From the NCBI GenBank assembly GCA_000165345.1, contig CM000430.1:832001-896000 (forward strand): a DNA stretch of 64,000 bases, given 5' to 3'. Both the position numbers and the translations under genes were made by a program. Of this stretch, positions 50,201 through 59,988 are shown in pieces (position 1 is the stretch's first letter; the number at the start of each line of letters is the position of its first letter). The notes under the pieces were generated by a model. That model made no database searches. It was not told the DNA's origin and saw only the letters and a program-made list of their open reading frames with translations.

Positions 50201-50975
50201 CTTGGTGTTGTTGCTGGTGTTGTTGTTGCTGCTGGTGTTGGTGTTGTTGCTGGTGTTGGTGTTGTTGTTGCTGGTGATGTTGTTGATGATGTTGCTGATG
50301 ATGTTGTTGTTGATGATGTTGTTGATGATGTTGTTGTTGTTGGTGTTGGTGGTGTTGTTGTTGTTGGTGTTGTTGGTGTTGTTGTTGTTGTTGTTGGTGT
50401 TGTTGCTGATGATGTTGTTGTTGCTGACGTTGTTGTTGGTGATTCTGTTGTTGATGATGGCTTGGCTGTATCTTTTCTGGTTTATTATTCTTTGCATGGC
50501 TGGGTTTAGAATTGTCATCATTTCCTGTAATATAAGTGCTATTATTATTAGTAACATTAGAGTGTTGTCCCTTATCGGAGTTGTCTCTATGAGTACTATA
50601 ATATTGGTCTTTAACACCTCCATTGTTAACAGAGAAGTTTTTGTTAGAACTACTAACATTATTTACATGTTTATTGCTATTTAGACGTGGTTCGTTGTTA
50701 CTCATGTGTTCTTTATTTCCATTGTGATTGCTTACAATCTCATGAGAACTTTCACTCACATCCTTAGAACTCCTACTTATATTGCCATTCACGTGATTAT
50801 CATGCAAACCTCCGCCAGTACTTGCATTTGTGGATACATATCTGTTGTGTATTTTATCCTTTTCTTTGCCTATACTGCTCTTTTGAGCTCCATTCGTTGG
50901 TGACCTTTGAAAGGGACGCCTGAACTTTCGCTTCTTATCATTAGTATGACGCTCCTGTTGTTTCTCTGCCACCAT
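47268..50975 (-). CDS. EIF4G: eukaryotic translation initiation factor 4G (MIF4G domain protein) with long poly-Gln/His N-terminal region
   Basis: The C-terminal about 300 aa match the eIF4G MIF4G core (SLLNKIT..F, LVKQVLDKAITEPDFSEMYADLCQIL, IGELFIRKM, ECLCQLIMTTG, LIQDVFDLRKHKW). The N-terminal two-thirds are Q/H/N/S low complexity. Confidence 0.8.
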   Translation of the reverse strand: MVAEKQQERHTNDKKRKFRRPFQRSPTNGAQKSSIGKEKDKIHNRYVSTNASTGGGLHDNHVNGNISRSSKDVSESSHEIVSNHNGNKEHMSNNEPRLNSNKHVNNVSSSNKNFSVNNGGVKDQYYSTHRDNSDKGQHSNVTNNNSTYITGNDDNSKPSHAKNNKPEKIQPSHHQQQNHQQQRQQQQHHQQQHQQQQQQHQQHQQQQHHQHQQQQHHQQHHQQQHHQQHHQQHHQQQQHQHQQQHQHQQQQQHQQQHQGQNTTQHPKQVSQRQISSNFQQKHQTYSSSSHNSHHEGRYNQDRRGRGYGYSGNRQHNHGSSSGGGYDLNRKQPPPSSNSGGGAGGTLHNSQSKLNQHNKSQQQFQNGPSNNTAIENTTSISSEVVATSTSSKPANTTVISSTTNTSNITNVTPHTTTTKEEGGKHYSSQNNNGISTSRKDFHATPNRRGGGDSHYYGYGRQHGAREHSNYHQHKDSIGKGGSHGVNQKDNNDASLKESRTVLHKNFSNGKPGSGAAATTTTTTTTIIGSESEHNLTANVEQRQKNQPITQQQPQAQSQKPSHSQQSNNSDFAAEHKDMTKDDYSNTQKSNTDHNLRSNIPSNNHNQYSHNHNFSNNTGGSWKNQNGGDHTYGRHGRYSGPKNVGKGTNACNGGPNQNFVHPKHSTEGSGGHMYGQNAVGGTTSEDLKKKKNKKRFNKNLRNINNPSGGTNGGQMSTGHQVGGHPKERPKYVTGDQQKTHNGDVFSSASPNENESKNISNKAQSGVTQHPSNIEMSLEKGKSVDSRKKLSTASNESENTGSAKVTTGSDSMSNKLSCKGSEYLDGNNKSADFNINTNINESSIVAEKNDLKTNRDIEGREKLESSIPASDNKEGSSNNTGGSGNGNNITPTSSSSSSNSNSNSNSTSSSSSSSSGTSGVVGPWRRSLHGGQTVDSLETVRRAVKSLLNKITVEKFTVIAEKLAVCIDEIKNVDELEELVKQVLDKAITEPDFSEMYADLCQILKWRSPVLVNKDGKSTIAFSKALLARCEQEFKNMPRNMTPTDEEREKYDSEELAILYRKRKLHVLGIIRLIGELFIRKMFPMRSLNELVFDLVMIQENPDEYAVECLCQLIMTTGYYLDSNEKSQMIVDQWFGRLRELQNTSISTRLNCLIQDVFDLRKHKWVKKVHKQKAKALADILKDIDVEDVLGGAAIAAQYGSVVVVGERSNLVGNSAYYNYMTSQEELYISKQKSLQKQ
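50190..50460 (-). repeat. imperfect CAA/CAG/CAC trinucleotide array encoding a roughly 90-residue Gln/His tract
   Basis: TGTTG/TGCTG/TGATG-rich run on the plus strand, inside the eIF4G N-terminal region. Confidence 0.85.
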
Positions 50976-51970
50976 ATATCAATAAAAATCTGGGACAAAT
51001 TAATTTAAAAGGAATCAACACCCTTGTCAAATACGGGCATACAACACATACATTATTTATTAATTGCGTATGCTTACACCTTTTACCGTGGGGGGAGGAA
51101 TTTATAAATCTTCTAAAATTCCTAATGGGGGGCAGTCATAGGTACCTGTAATAATCAGATTAGACTTCACTTATTAATTCCAATTATTATAATATACGTA
51201 AAATTTCAATTTTTATTACTTATTTAATATATACGTATTTAATATATTTTTCTAATTATTTATTTATTAATTTATTACTATTTATTAATAAATTGAGCAA
51301 AATTCCCGCCCAAAGTAATATATTACGTGTATTTAAAAATATAATAAAATTAATAGTCCATATAAATTAAAAAAAAATTAATTAATAATATACAAGAACT
51401 CCCCTCAATTTTGTAGTGGTACTTTCCGCCAAATTTTGCGTGATCACAAGTCTACATTTGAATGACAGTACTATTACTAATTATATATTATCTTATTTTA
51501 ATAAGAACATAAGTACTATGATGAATTTATTTTATAAGAAGTTTGTGTTATTCAAAATTCTTTCTTTTTTCTTTCTCTCGATTTAAGTGGTACTTACTCC
51601 TCCCATAGATTTTTCAGTAAATCAACATTTTCCGAGTTTTTGCTGTATAATCTCTAAAAGTTATCAATAGTAATTCAGCCATTCTATTTTTAAACTTTTT
51701 TTTTAACATTCATTTCTACCAGTGATAAATTTAATACCCAATTAAAAATACCCGCCAAAGTTTTTGTCAATATTAATCAGATAACGATGGAATACTAGAA
51801 TTGAAGTATATTAAATGATAGTGGGAATTTTTGGCTATAGTTGTAATGATTAACTTCAACGATTTTATATTTTTAGAATTATTTATTTATATTTATCTAA
51901 CTCTAGTATTCAATAACCTATACTAAAAGATTCTTTACAATATATATCTTTGCTATAGCTAATGTATGTA

Positions 51971-52025
<55 letters not shown>

Positions 52026-52247
52026 CTAGTCAAATTCTTTCGAACTAGCTCAATTTAAACCTTTTTTGTACGAAAAAATAGTTCATTTTAATTTCAATTA
52101 TATTCATTGAAATATTTAAAACTAGACAGATAAGTGTTAGACGTAAATTTTGACAAAATTAGGTCAAACAGAGAAGTTTGACGAGAAAACTTAGATTGTC
52201 AGAAAATTAAAAAAAATAGGAAGAATAGTCAAATAATTAGTATTGAA

Positions 52248-53399
52248 ATGCATTCTTTAGGGAATTCTGGAGATATTCCAGATATGGCTAAAAATAGCGT
52301 GCTATTACATAGCGAACCAATTGATGATAATAGTAGGAAAGTGTTGGGTCCGTCTAAAAATAAATTTACAGATATTACAATCAAAGAATACTGTAAGGAT
52401 ATTAAAAAGATGGGATTTCAAGCTACAAATATTGGAAGAGCAATTGATGAGATTAATAAAATGTTAAGTTGGCGTTTATCAGATGAAAATATTGAACCAG
52501 ATGAAGTAGAACCATATAATGATTTAGAATATAGAAAAAATGTGAAATGTACAATTTGGTTAAGTTTTACATCAAATATGATTTCATCAGGACTTCGTGA
52601 GATATTTGTATATTTAGCAAAGAATAAGTTGATTGATGTAATTGTGACATCAGCTGGTGGCATTGAGGAGGATTTTATTAAGGTTTTAGGGAGTACATTT
52701 CTTGGTGAATTTAATCTTAAAGGTAGTGAACTTAGAAATAAAGGTTGGAATCGAATTGGAAATCTACTAGTTCCAAATCAAAATTATGTAGATTTTGAGG
52801 AATGGATCCAGCCTCTATTTGATGAAATGCTTGAAATGCAAAATAAAGATTCCATAAACTGGACACCTTCAAAAATGATCCATTTTCTGGGTGAGAAAAT
52901 TAATCATGATGAATCACTCTATTATTGGTGCTACAAAAATAATATACCAGTTTTCTGTCCAGGAATTACTGATGGATCATTAGGTGATAACTTATTTTTC
53001 CACTCATATAGGAACCCAGTAAGTTGATTTTGTTCATTTAGAACTAAATTATATATAAATATTCATTTTATTGCTATTTAGGGTCTCAAAGTTGATGTTG
53101 TTGAAGATATTAGAAGAATTAATGATATCGCTCTTAATATTAAAAAGAGTGGAATCATTATTCTTGGAGGAGGAATTCCTAAACACCATACTTGTAATGC
53201 AAATTTAATGAGAAATGGGGCTGACTATGCTGTTTACATATCAAGTGCAACTGAATTTGATGGTTCTGATTCTGGAGCTTCTCCTGATGAAGCTGTCAGC
53301 TGGGGAAAAATCAAAGCTGAAAGCACACCTGTAAAGGTTTTCGGAGATGCAACAATTATTTTCCCGCTTATTTTTTATTCTACTTTTCTTGATACATAG
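52248..53399 (+). CDS. DHPS: deoxyhypusine synthase, 2 exons (52248..53018, 53082..53399)
   Basis: Near-colinear match to DHS ([65 protein letters not shown]; exon 2 [50 protein letters not shown]). Intron GTAAGT..TATTTAG, phase 0. Confidence 0.9.
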
Positions 53400-53675
53400 A
53401 TTTTTATATACTTATAAATAAATAAATTTTTTTTTTTAAGTTATTTGGGCTTAAATGCTCTAAATACGTCAATTGTACATTTTCCAAATTCGTCAATAAA
53501 TCTATAAATAATTATTTTATATATTTATGTATGTATAAATATATATTGAAATAAAAACAAGTGTTATGAAATTTTAACAAAATTGTATATGCAAAAATAA
53601 GTGGCCTGAATTGCATGTAATTTATTACACAAATAGGCGGGAAATCCCAAATAATTGCATATATGTTATTACAAC

Positions 53676-54614
53676 TTACCTGTATCTAATAAACTTAATT
53701 TTAGTATTTTCATCCCCAGGTTGTGTCCATCTTGTTTCAATAACTTTACCAGGTAGATTTTCACTTTCACGAGTCATACAAATTGCAGTAACAAGTTGAT
53801 TATTGGTTTTTTCATGTTTAAATTCAATAAACTCAACTCTATTTCTCCATATTCCCACCTCAGGGTTCTTTTCTATAAAAATTTCACCTGACAAATCCCA
53901 GTTCAGAATTTGTGTAGGTCCAAAAAATGGCTCTATCTTAATAACAAGTAATTTTTCATTAGATATTTCAACTTTTAAGGTGTAGCTGCCTTTATTAATT
54001 ACTTTTCTTTTTAACATTCCAACACCAATTTTCTGTAAGAACTGCTCCATATTATCAGATTCCTCACTAATAATCTGCCAGCTTCCAACTAAATCCTGAA
54101 TACATTCTATTTTATTTGATTTTTTTTTTTAAAGTGTTATAAAAAATTGGATTTTTTTATTTTTAACTTACTTTGATTCTTTTCATTTCTTTTCTTTAAG
54201 TCATCTAACTTTTCTATTACATTTTGATTATTTTTTTTGTAATTTATAAAATTTTCTTTAAATCCTACATTACTGAGTAATTTGGGAAGCTCCTCTTTAA
54301 CTAAGACTAAATTAATAATATAATATTCAATAATTTCTCTAATAAGCTTGGAGGATAAGAATTAGATGTATAAGAAACTTACAATTTGGATTTCCTTCGA
54401 TAGGTACATACAAATTATAATCGTCATTCTCCAATAGCTGGGAATAACAAAACATAATTTCATCATATAGTGTACTAGTACCATCCAAACTAATTTGGCC
54501 ATCTCCAGGAGATTCAACTGATGTAATACTTATCTCAAAATGTTCTCCAAAGTCATAGGTCCTAAACTCGCTATAATCCTCCTTCTGTTTTAAAAATGTA
54601 AAGCAATCACACAT
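53676..54614 (-). CDS. FABP/lipocalin (calycin) domain protein with about 120-aa N-terminal extension, 3 exons (54614..54383, 54306..54172, 54106..53676); a possible further 3' exon is unresolved
   Basis: The C-terminal region GSWQIISEESDNMEQFLQKIGVGMLKRK..TLKVEI matches the FABP N-terminal signature [26 protein letters not shown] and continues with a beta-rich 120 aa. The upstream exons join in frame through GTAAGT..AATTTAG and GTAAGT..AAAATAG introns, with phases 1 then 1. Confidence 0.5.
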
Positions 54615-55258
54615 GTATCTCTATTAATAAATTTATTCCAGAATAATCAGTGGTATAGGCTTATTTTAAAGTATTTGTTGTCATTACTCAGTATGGCAAT
54701 TAAAATTAGCCTGAATAAAAGGTATATATATCTGACACTTATAAATTTATTTTCTTTTTTTTAAGAAAAAAAAAAAGATGCCTGTTTTCTACCTATTTAT
54801 TCCAATTTTATAGATTGCATGAACTTTCCTTTTTCTAAAAAGCCGTTTGGCGCCTAAAGTGCATTATTTTTTATATTATTTTCTTTTATAAAGTTTGAAC
54901 TCGAGAATATGGGAAAAAAGAGGGAAGGAGGGGGGTGAGAAAAATATATATAAATATTAGAGAATAGAGATGAGAAAGGATAAAGAGCAATGACGTGAAA
55001 TTAGGTCAGCACTCATCAAGTACAAAAAAAATGAAATGAAGATTTATAACTTTCTAATTAAAAAAAAAAAATTTAAAATCAACTTTATATACAATTATTT
55101 TTTGACCAGTTTTTAAAATAATTTTAGACTTCCGCCGCCCCCCAATTAAAAAAATTACATGTAATTTAGTATGCCGCCTAATTTATTTTATATACAATAT
55201 TATTTATTTTATTAATGCCGGTACTCGTGTCTCTTTGTCTAAATTTTTAAAAACGGGT

Positions 55259-55285
55259 GGCGCCAACCATCTTTTTGGCGGCAAC
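55259..55285. promoter_or_regulatory. GGTGGCGCCAACC followed by TTTTGGCGGCAA (E2F-like pair)
   Basis: Divergent promoter between the FABP-like(-) and EF1B(+) genes. CCGCCGCCCCCC lies at 55133 and GCCGCCTAAT at 55172. Confidence 0.5.
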
Positions 55286-55561
55286 TGTAAACATATATTA
55301 AAAGAGTAATAAATTAGTAATAACAAAAGTAAATAAAATAGTAAATGAGGGGAAATTTTTATTAATGTATATAATTAATTTAATTAAAAATAGGGTAAAT
55401 GGAAGAAACATAGTTAAATTGAAAATATAATAACCAATATATTGTGAATATTAATTGTTAAAAAAAATTACCTTTAATTCACATTTTGTATTAATTAGAA
55501 TTAATTGAGCAAAATTTCATATAGCAGTTTTTTTATTGTTTCTAGTTAAATTAAGGATAAA

Positions 55562-56305
55562 ATGGATAAATTCGGAGACATCTCAACTGATGCAGGAAGA
55601 AAGAAGCTTAATGACTATCTTTCAACAAGATCTTATATGAATGGAGTTTCACCAACACAAGATGATGTAGAAGCATTATATATGATAATGAAGGCTGGTG
55701 GATTCTGTGATTTCCAACACATTTGCAGATATGTATCTCATATTCAAAGCTTTAGTGCTATGGAAAGAGATGCATTCCCAGGTGAATCATTCAAAAATAA
55801 ACTAAAGAATAAGGGATGTACTAAGGAAAAGAAGTCAAACGATGATGACTTTGACTTATTTGGAGATGATGATGAAGATATGGAAGCAGCCAAGAAAGCT
55901 ATGGAAGCAAAGAAGAAGGCATTACAAGATAAGAAAGCAAAAGAAAAACCAGCAAGCAAATCTTCTCTTGTTTTGGATATCAAGCCATCATCATTAGATG
56001 TTGACTTAGATGCTGTGGCTAAAATGATCAGAGCATTAAAAATTGAAGGTGTTGAATTCTCAGAGGGTGAAAAGAAAGTTCCTGTAGCTTTTGGTCTTTT
56101 CAAATTACAAATGGGTGCAACTATTATTGATGATTTAGTCAATACTCAAGACATTGTTGATTCAATTGAGACTCTCGGTATGACTGATGAACAAAAGAAG
56201 AAGTTCTCTGAGAAGGATGATGCATGTGGTGATGATGATGAAGAAGAAGAGGAAGAGTATGGACTTGTCCAATCTTGTGAGATTGTCAGTTTCAATAAGC
56301 TTTAA
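55562..56305 (+). CDS. EEF1B: translation elongation factor 1-beta (eEF1B guanine-nucleotide exchange subunit)
   Basis: N-terminal FGDISTDAGRKKLNDYLSTRSY, acidic linker, and the C-terminal exchange domain SLVLDIKP..LKIEGVEFSEGEKKVPVAFGLFKLQ..SIETLG..VQSCEIVSFNKL. Confidence 0.9.
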   Translation: MDKFGDISTDAGRKKLNDYLSTRSYMNGVSPTQDDVEALYMIMKAGGFCDFQHICRYVSHIQSFSAMERDAFPGESFKNKLKNKGCTKEKKSNDDDFDLFGDDDEDMEAAKKAMEAKKKALQDKKAKEKPASKSSLVLDIKPSSLDVDLDAVAKMIRALKIEGVEFSEGEKKVPVAFGLFKLQMGATIIDDLVNTQDIVDSIETLGMTDEQKKKFSEKDDACGDDDEEEEEEYGLVQSCEIVSFNKL

Positions 56306-56796
56306 GAGTTTTGAGATTTAATTCAGCTAAAATAGCTAGCTAGTATTTAACCTAATACACGACTCCTTTCTAGTAATTTTTTTTTCTTTGACATTTTCAA
56401 TCTGTATTACTTATTCTGATAACTTCTCGTCTTGAATATAATAAAGAATAACATTAATATCTTCCAATTTGGAATTTTAATTTAATTAATTATCTTCAAT
56501 TTGTGCTCAATCAGTGATTCTTATACTTCTTTTTCATTTGCTCCCCCAATTTTGCATGGCTTGATAATATTATTAATGAGAATAATTGGCGCCATCAACG
56601 AATGCCGGCAATAATATTCCTTAAAAGAGTTGTCTTGAATCATTCCCGCCAAAGTAAAGCCAATAAATATTATTCGATTATTGACTAAATAAAAGAAAAT
56701 TATTAATAAGGAATTGGATCGAGCAGGATAGTCAACATAATTAGTCAGGAGAGAAAGAGATTTAGTAGAAACGGGTATTTTTTTGACTTTGGAGAG

Positions 56797-58278
56797 ATGA
56801 GGTCTACAGAGCAAGTTAAGCTCATAGGTAAATTAGCATCTTCTGAGCATACCTCAACAGCAGAGAAACGATCTAGGATATTGAGTCATGCACCACACTG
56901 GAAAAAGTATGAATTAGCTGGCGCACTTCCTGTTGGTTCTTCAGTAAAATTAATGGCATTACATAATCAATCGCTTTTGGTAAGAAGCCAGTTATTAAGC
57001 TCAGACAAACAATTGCGCCAATTAGTTTTGAATTGTTTAGGCATTACGCCAGATTTAGAACCAGCTCAGTATATTCTTACTATGATTTATGAGCTTGTAA
57101 GAGATGATGCTGGGCAATATCACGGTTTTGTGGAAACTACCAAAGGAATTCCAATTTTTGAAAAGTTTATGCAATTTTTAGAACGTCCCAAAGTTGATAG
57201 TTACCTTTCTGATAAACTCTTATTCTTCTTGTCTGGCTTAATTAGTCATTCCAATGATGGGGCTTACACAAAAGAGAACATTACAGAACTTATTGATCAT
57301 TTATTTAAAACACCAGAAAATAGAAGAAGTCTTTCAGGAGCCAGTCAAGATGATTCTTCATCATCCTCTATAGCATCAAGTTCTAATGTTAACAGAATGG
57401 AAAGTTCTTATTCTACTTTAAATGGAGGCTACTGTTCTGTTATAGGTGCATTGGATGTTCTTGGAAATTTAGTAAAAGTTGACGCTTATAGAATGCTTGT
57501 TTTATCTCATCCAAATGTTGTTGAATTCATTTCCTCAAATCTATCATCAAGCTCACCTACATCCCATATATACAAAGCATGTGTTATTGTATGGTTACTT
57601 TCTTTTAATGAAGAAACTGTTCCTATTCTAGTTTCAAGAGACCTTATTAGACAGATTGCTAATACTATTATTGATTGTAGATCTGAAAAAGTTGTTAGAG
57701 TTACTCTTAATCTACTTAAGAATGTTATGAACAATGATGCAGCTATTGAAAGTATAATTGATTTGGGATTATTACAATATCTTACTATTTTAGAATATGA
57801 AAAATGGCTAGACCCTGAAATCTACGAAGAAATTCGTCAAGGACAAATCATGATCGACCAAAAACTCAAACAGTTCTCAAATTTTGACAGATACTGCATT
57901 GAACTTGAAAAGAAAAAATTCAAGTGGTCATTTTTACATACAGAGAAGTTCTGGCTTGAAAATGTTATGAATTTTGAATCTGATGAATTTGCTGCCATTA
58001 AAAAGCTTGCACATTTATTGAAGACTTCTGATGATCCTGTTACTCTTGCTGTTGCATGTTTTGATATTGGTGAATTTGCCAGACTTTATCCAATGGGTAA
58101 ACAAATTCTTGGAAAGTTAAATGTTAAAGAGGTATTAATGACTCTTATGACTTCTCCAAATCGTGAAATTTCTAAAGAGGCTTTATTATCAATACAGAAG
58201 CTTATGCTTAATAAATGGAACCGAGCCAATATTGGCAGTAATTCTGGGTCTAATACAACAACCACAGTCAAATCCTAG
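56797..58278 (+). CDS. ATP6V1H: V-type H+-ATPase subunit H (VMA13-like)
   Basis: C-terminal DPVTLAVACFDIGEFARLYPMGKQILGKLNVKEVLMTLMTSPNREISKEALLSIQKLML matches the human [58 protein letters not shown]. The N-terminal end is uncertain. Confidence 0.85.
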   Translation: MRSTEQVKLIGKLASSEHTSTAEKRSRILSHAPHWKKYELAGALPVGSSVKLMALHNQSLLVRSQLLSSDKQLRQLVLNCLGITPDLEPAQYILTMIYELVRDDAGQYHGFVETTKGIPIFEKFMQFLERPKVDSYLSDKLLFFLSGLISHSNDGAYTKENITELIDHLFKTPENRRSLSGASQDDSSSSSIASSSNVNRMESSYSTLNGGYCSVIGALDVLGNLVKVDAYRMLVLSHPNVVEFISSNLSSSSPTSHIYKACVIVWLLSFNEETVPILVSRDLIRQIANTIIDCRSEKVVRVTLNLLKNVMNNDAAIESIIDLGLLQYLTILEYEKWLDPEIYEEIRQGQIMIDQKLKQFSNFDRYCIELEKKKFKWSFLHTEKFWLENVMNFESDEFAAIKKLAHLLKTSDDPVTLAVACFDIGEFARLYPMGKQILGKLNVKEVLMTLMTSPNREISKEALLSIQKLMLNKWNRANIGSNSGSNTTTTVKS

Positions 58279-59197
58279 ATTAATAAGGAGTGGAAATAAA
58301 GATTAGAAATGCAAACTAAATTTAAAGAACAGAGATAACAAAACTATTTTGAAACATGTTTCCCCCCTCATCCTCCCTAAGAATATAATCACTAATACTT
58401 GTATGAACGAATTTTAATTTGCGGAAATCATATTTATTTCCCAAAATATTATTTTAATAAACAAACCTTCATTTTACTAAAAACTTGACTTTTTAGTCTA
58501 GAATTATTTTAATTTTTATTTACTTACAATTTGTGTTACCGCCAAAAACCTCCTAATATTTTAATGCATGTCCACATGCAAAGTATACTTCTAATATTAT
58601 GCCAAATGGGAATAATTGTTTGATATTACATGCATGTATGCATGCAGGCTCATGTGGATTCGAGTAGAAAATCACATGACATGACAATATAGGGCAAGGA
58701 ATGACAGAAAAAAGTATTAACAAAGGAAAAATTAATAATAAAAATAAGAAAATGTCATGAAGAAATTATAAATTTGCATGAATTAATGAAAATTTGGGAG
58801 AAAAAAAAATGCAAGAATGTGATTGGAATAAAGTGACAGTATGTCGATTAAAACTATTAGAGAACCCACAAAAACAAAAAAAAATGCACTTAAATAGTTG
58901 CGAGTCATATTGACAGATTACAAAGTTAATTCTGAGGAAAATAAATATTAATAAAAATATTATTATATTTTTGTTATTATTAAATTTAAAGTAATATTAC
59001 TTAAAAGATTAAAAGTTATTAGGAAATACATAATTACACAAGATATTACTAATTCCTCTAATTGTGTATGTAAAGAATTTCACAATTACTAACATTAATT
59101 AGAATTTATTTGAGTAATCAAAGAATAAATAAATATATTTATTTAATATAATATATATTATATAAGGATATTAAATCGTTCAAAATAAAGATAAAAG

Positions 59198-59988
59198 ATG
59201 GCTAAAGGAATGCAAAGTATTTCAAATAAAATCCTTGTAGATGGTTTAAATGAACAAATTACTAAAGGTATGTTAATTTCAAACATATAACATTAAATAA
59301 TATTATTTATTAATTTTATTATTCTTAAAAGACCAACTTATAAGGCACTTTGAAAAATTTGGAAATGTTGAGAATTGCCAATATATTCAAGTAATGAACT
59401 TTGCTATTATTACTTTTTCAGAAAAAGGTGTTACAGATAATGCATTAAGATCACCACACGTTATTATGGGAAGAGAGGTTAATTGCAGATTATATTGTGA
59501 TAAATTGGAAGACCTTGCAGGTGAGAATTCTCAAGGTACAATGTTCAGAACTGAAAAAATATTTGTTGGAAATCTTCCTACAACTTGTTCACAAGATATT
59601 CTTAGGAAATATTTTGAACAATTTGGGCAAATAAGTGATTGTGTAATGATGTGTGATAAAAAGAGTGGTATTGGAAGAGGTAAGTTAAAACTATTCTTAT
59701 TCAAATATTTATTTTTATTTATAAAACCTTAATATATTCTTTCAATTATTAGGATTCGGATTTGTTACATTTACTAGCACAAGTGTAGTAGATGAAATAA
59801 TTAGAGCTTATGATGAACACTATATAGATGGACAATGGGTTGAAGTTAAAAGAGCAAGCCCAGAAAATGCTTTAAGAGGTGGTAATATGTCTTGCAATGG
59901 TATAAGTTCTCTTAATGCTACAAATTTATCAACTAGAGAAAAAAATAATACAAGTCTTTTGATCAAAAGTTTTAATTCAAATTTGTAA
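59198..59988 (+). CDS. two-RRM hnRNP A/B- or Musashi-like RNA-binding protein, 3 exons (59198..59267, 59332..59679, 59753..59988)
   Basis: Only the middle part is in the ORF track. RRM1 is KILVDGLNEQITKDQLIRHFEKFG..NFAIITFSE. RRM2 is KIFVGNLPTTCSQDILRKYFEQFGQI..GIGRGFGFVTF, with the RNP1 motif GFGFVTF split across intron 2. Introns GTATGT..TTAAAAG and GTAAGT..TTATTAG, phases 1 and 1. Confidence 0.75.

Noticed and set aside
50172-50684. 170-aa poly-Leu/Val ORF on the plus strand
   Set aside because: It is the antisense reading of the CAA/CAG/CAC Gln/His tract of the minus-strand eIF4G gene and is not coding.
56521-56814. 97-aa minus-strand ORF in the EF1B/V-ATPase intergenic region
   Set aside because: It spans the promoter (GGCGCC at 56588, TTCCCGCCAAAG at 56645) of the V-ATPase H gene and overlaps its start. 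It is low complexity with no homology.
59391-59431. Possible intron GTAATG..TTTTCAG inside the RRM gene
   Set aside because: Reading straight through is in frame and encodes QVMNFAIITFSEKG, an RNP1-like beta strand of RRM1. Splicing it out would delete the motif.
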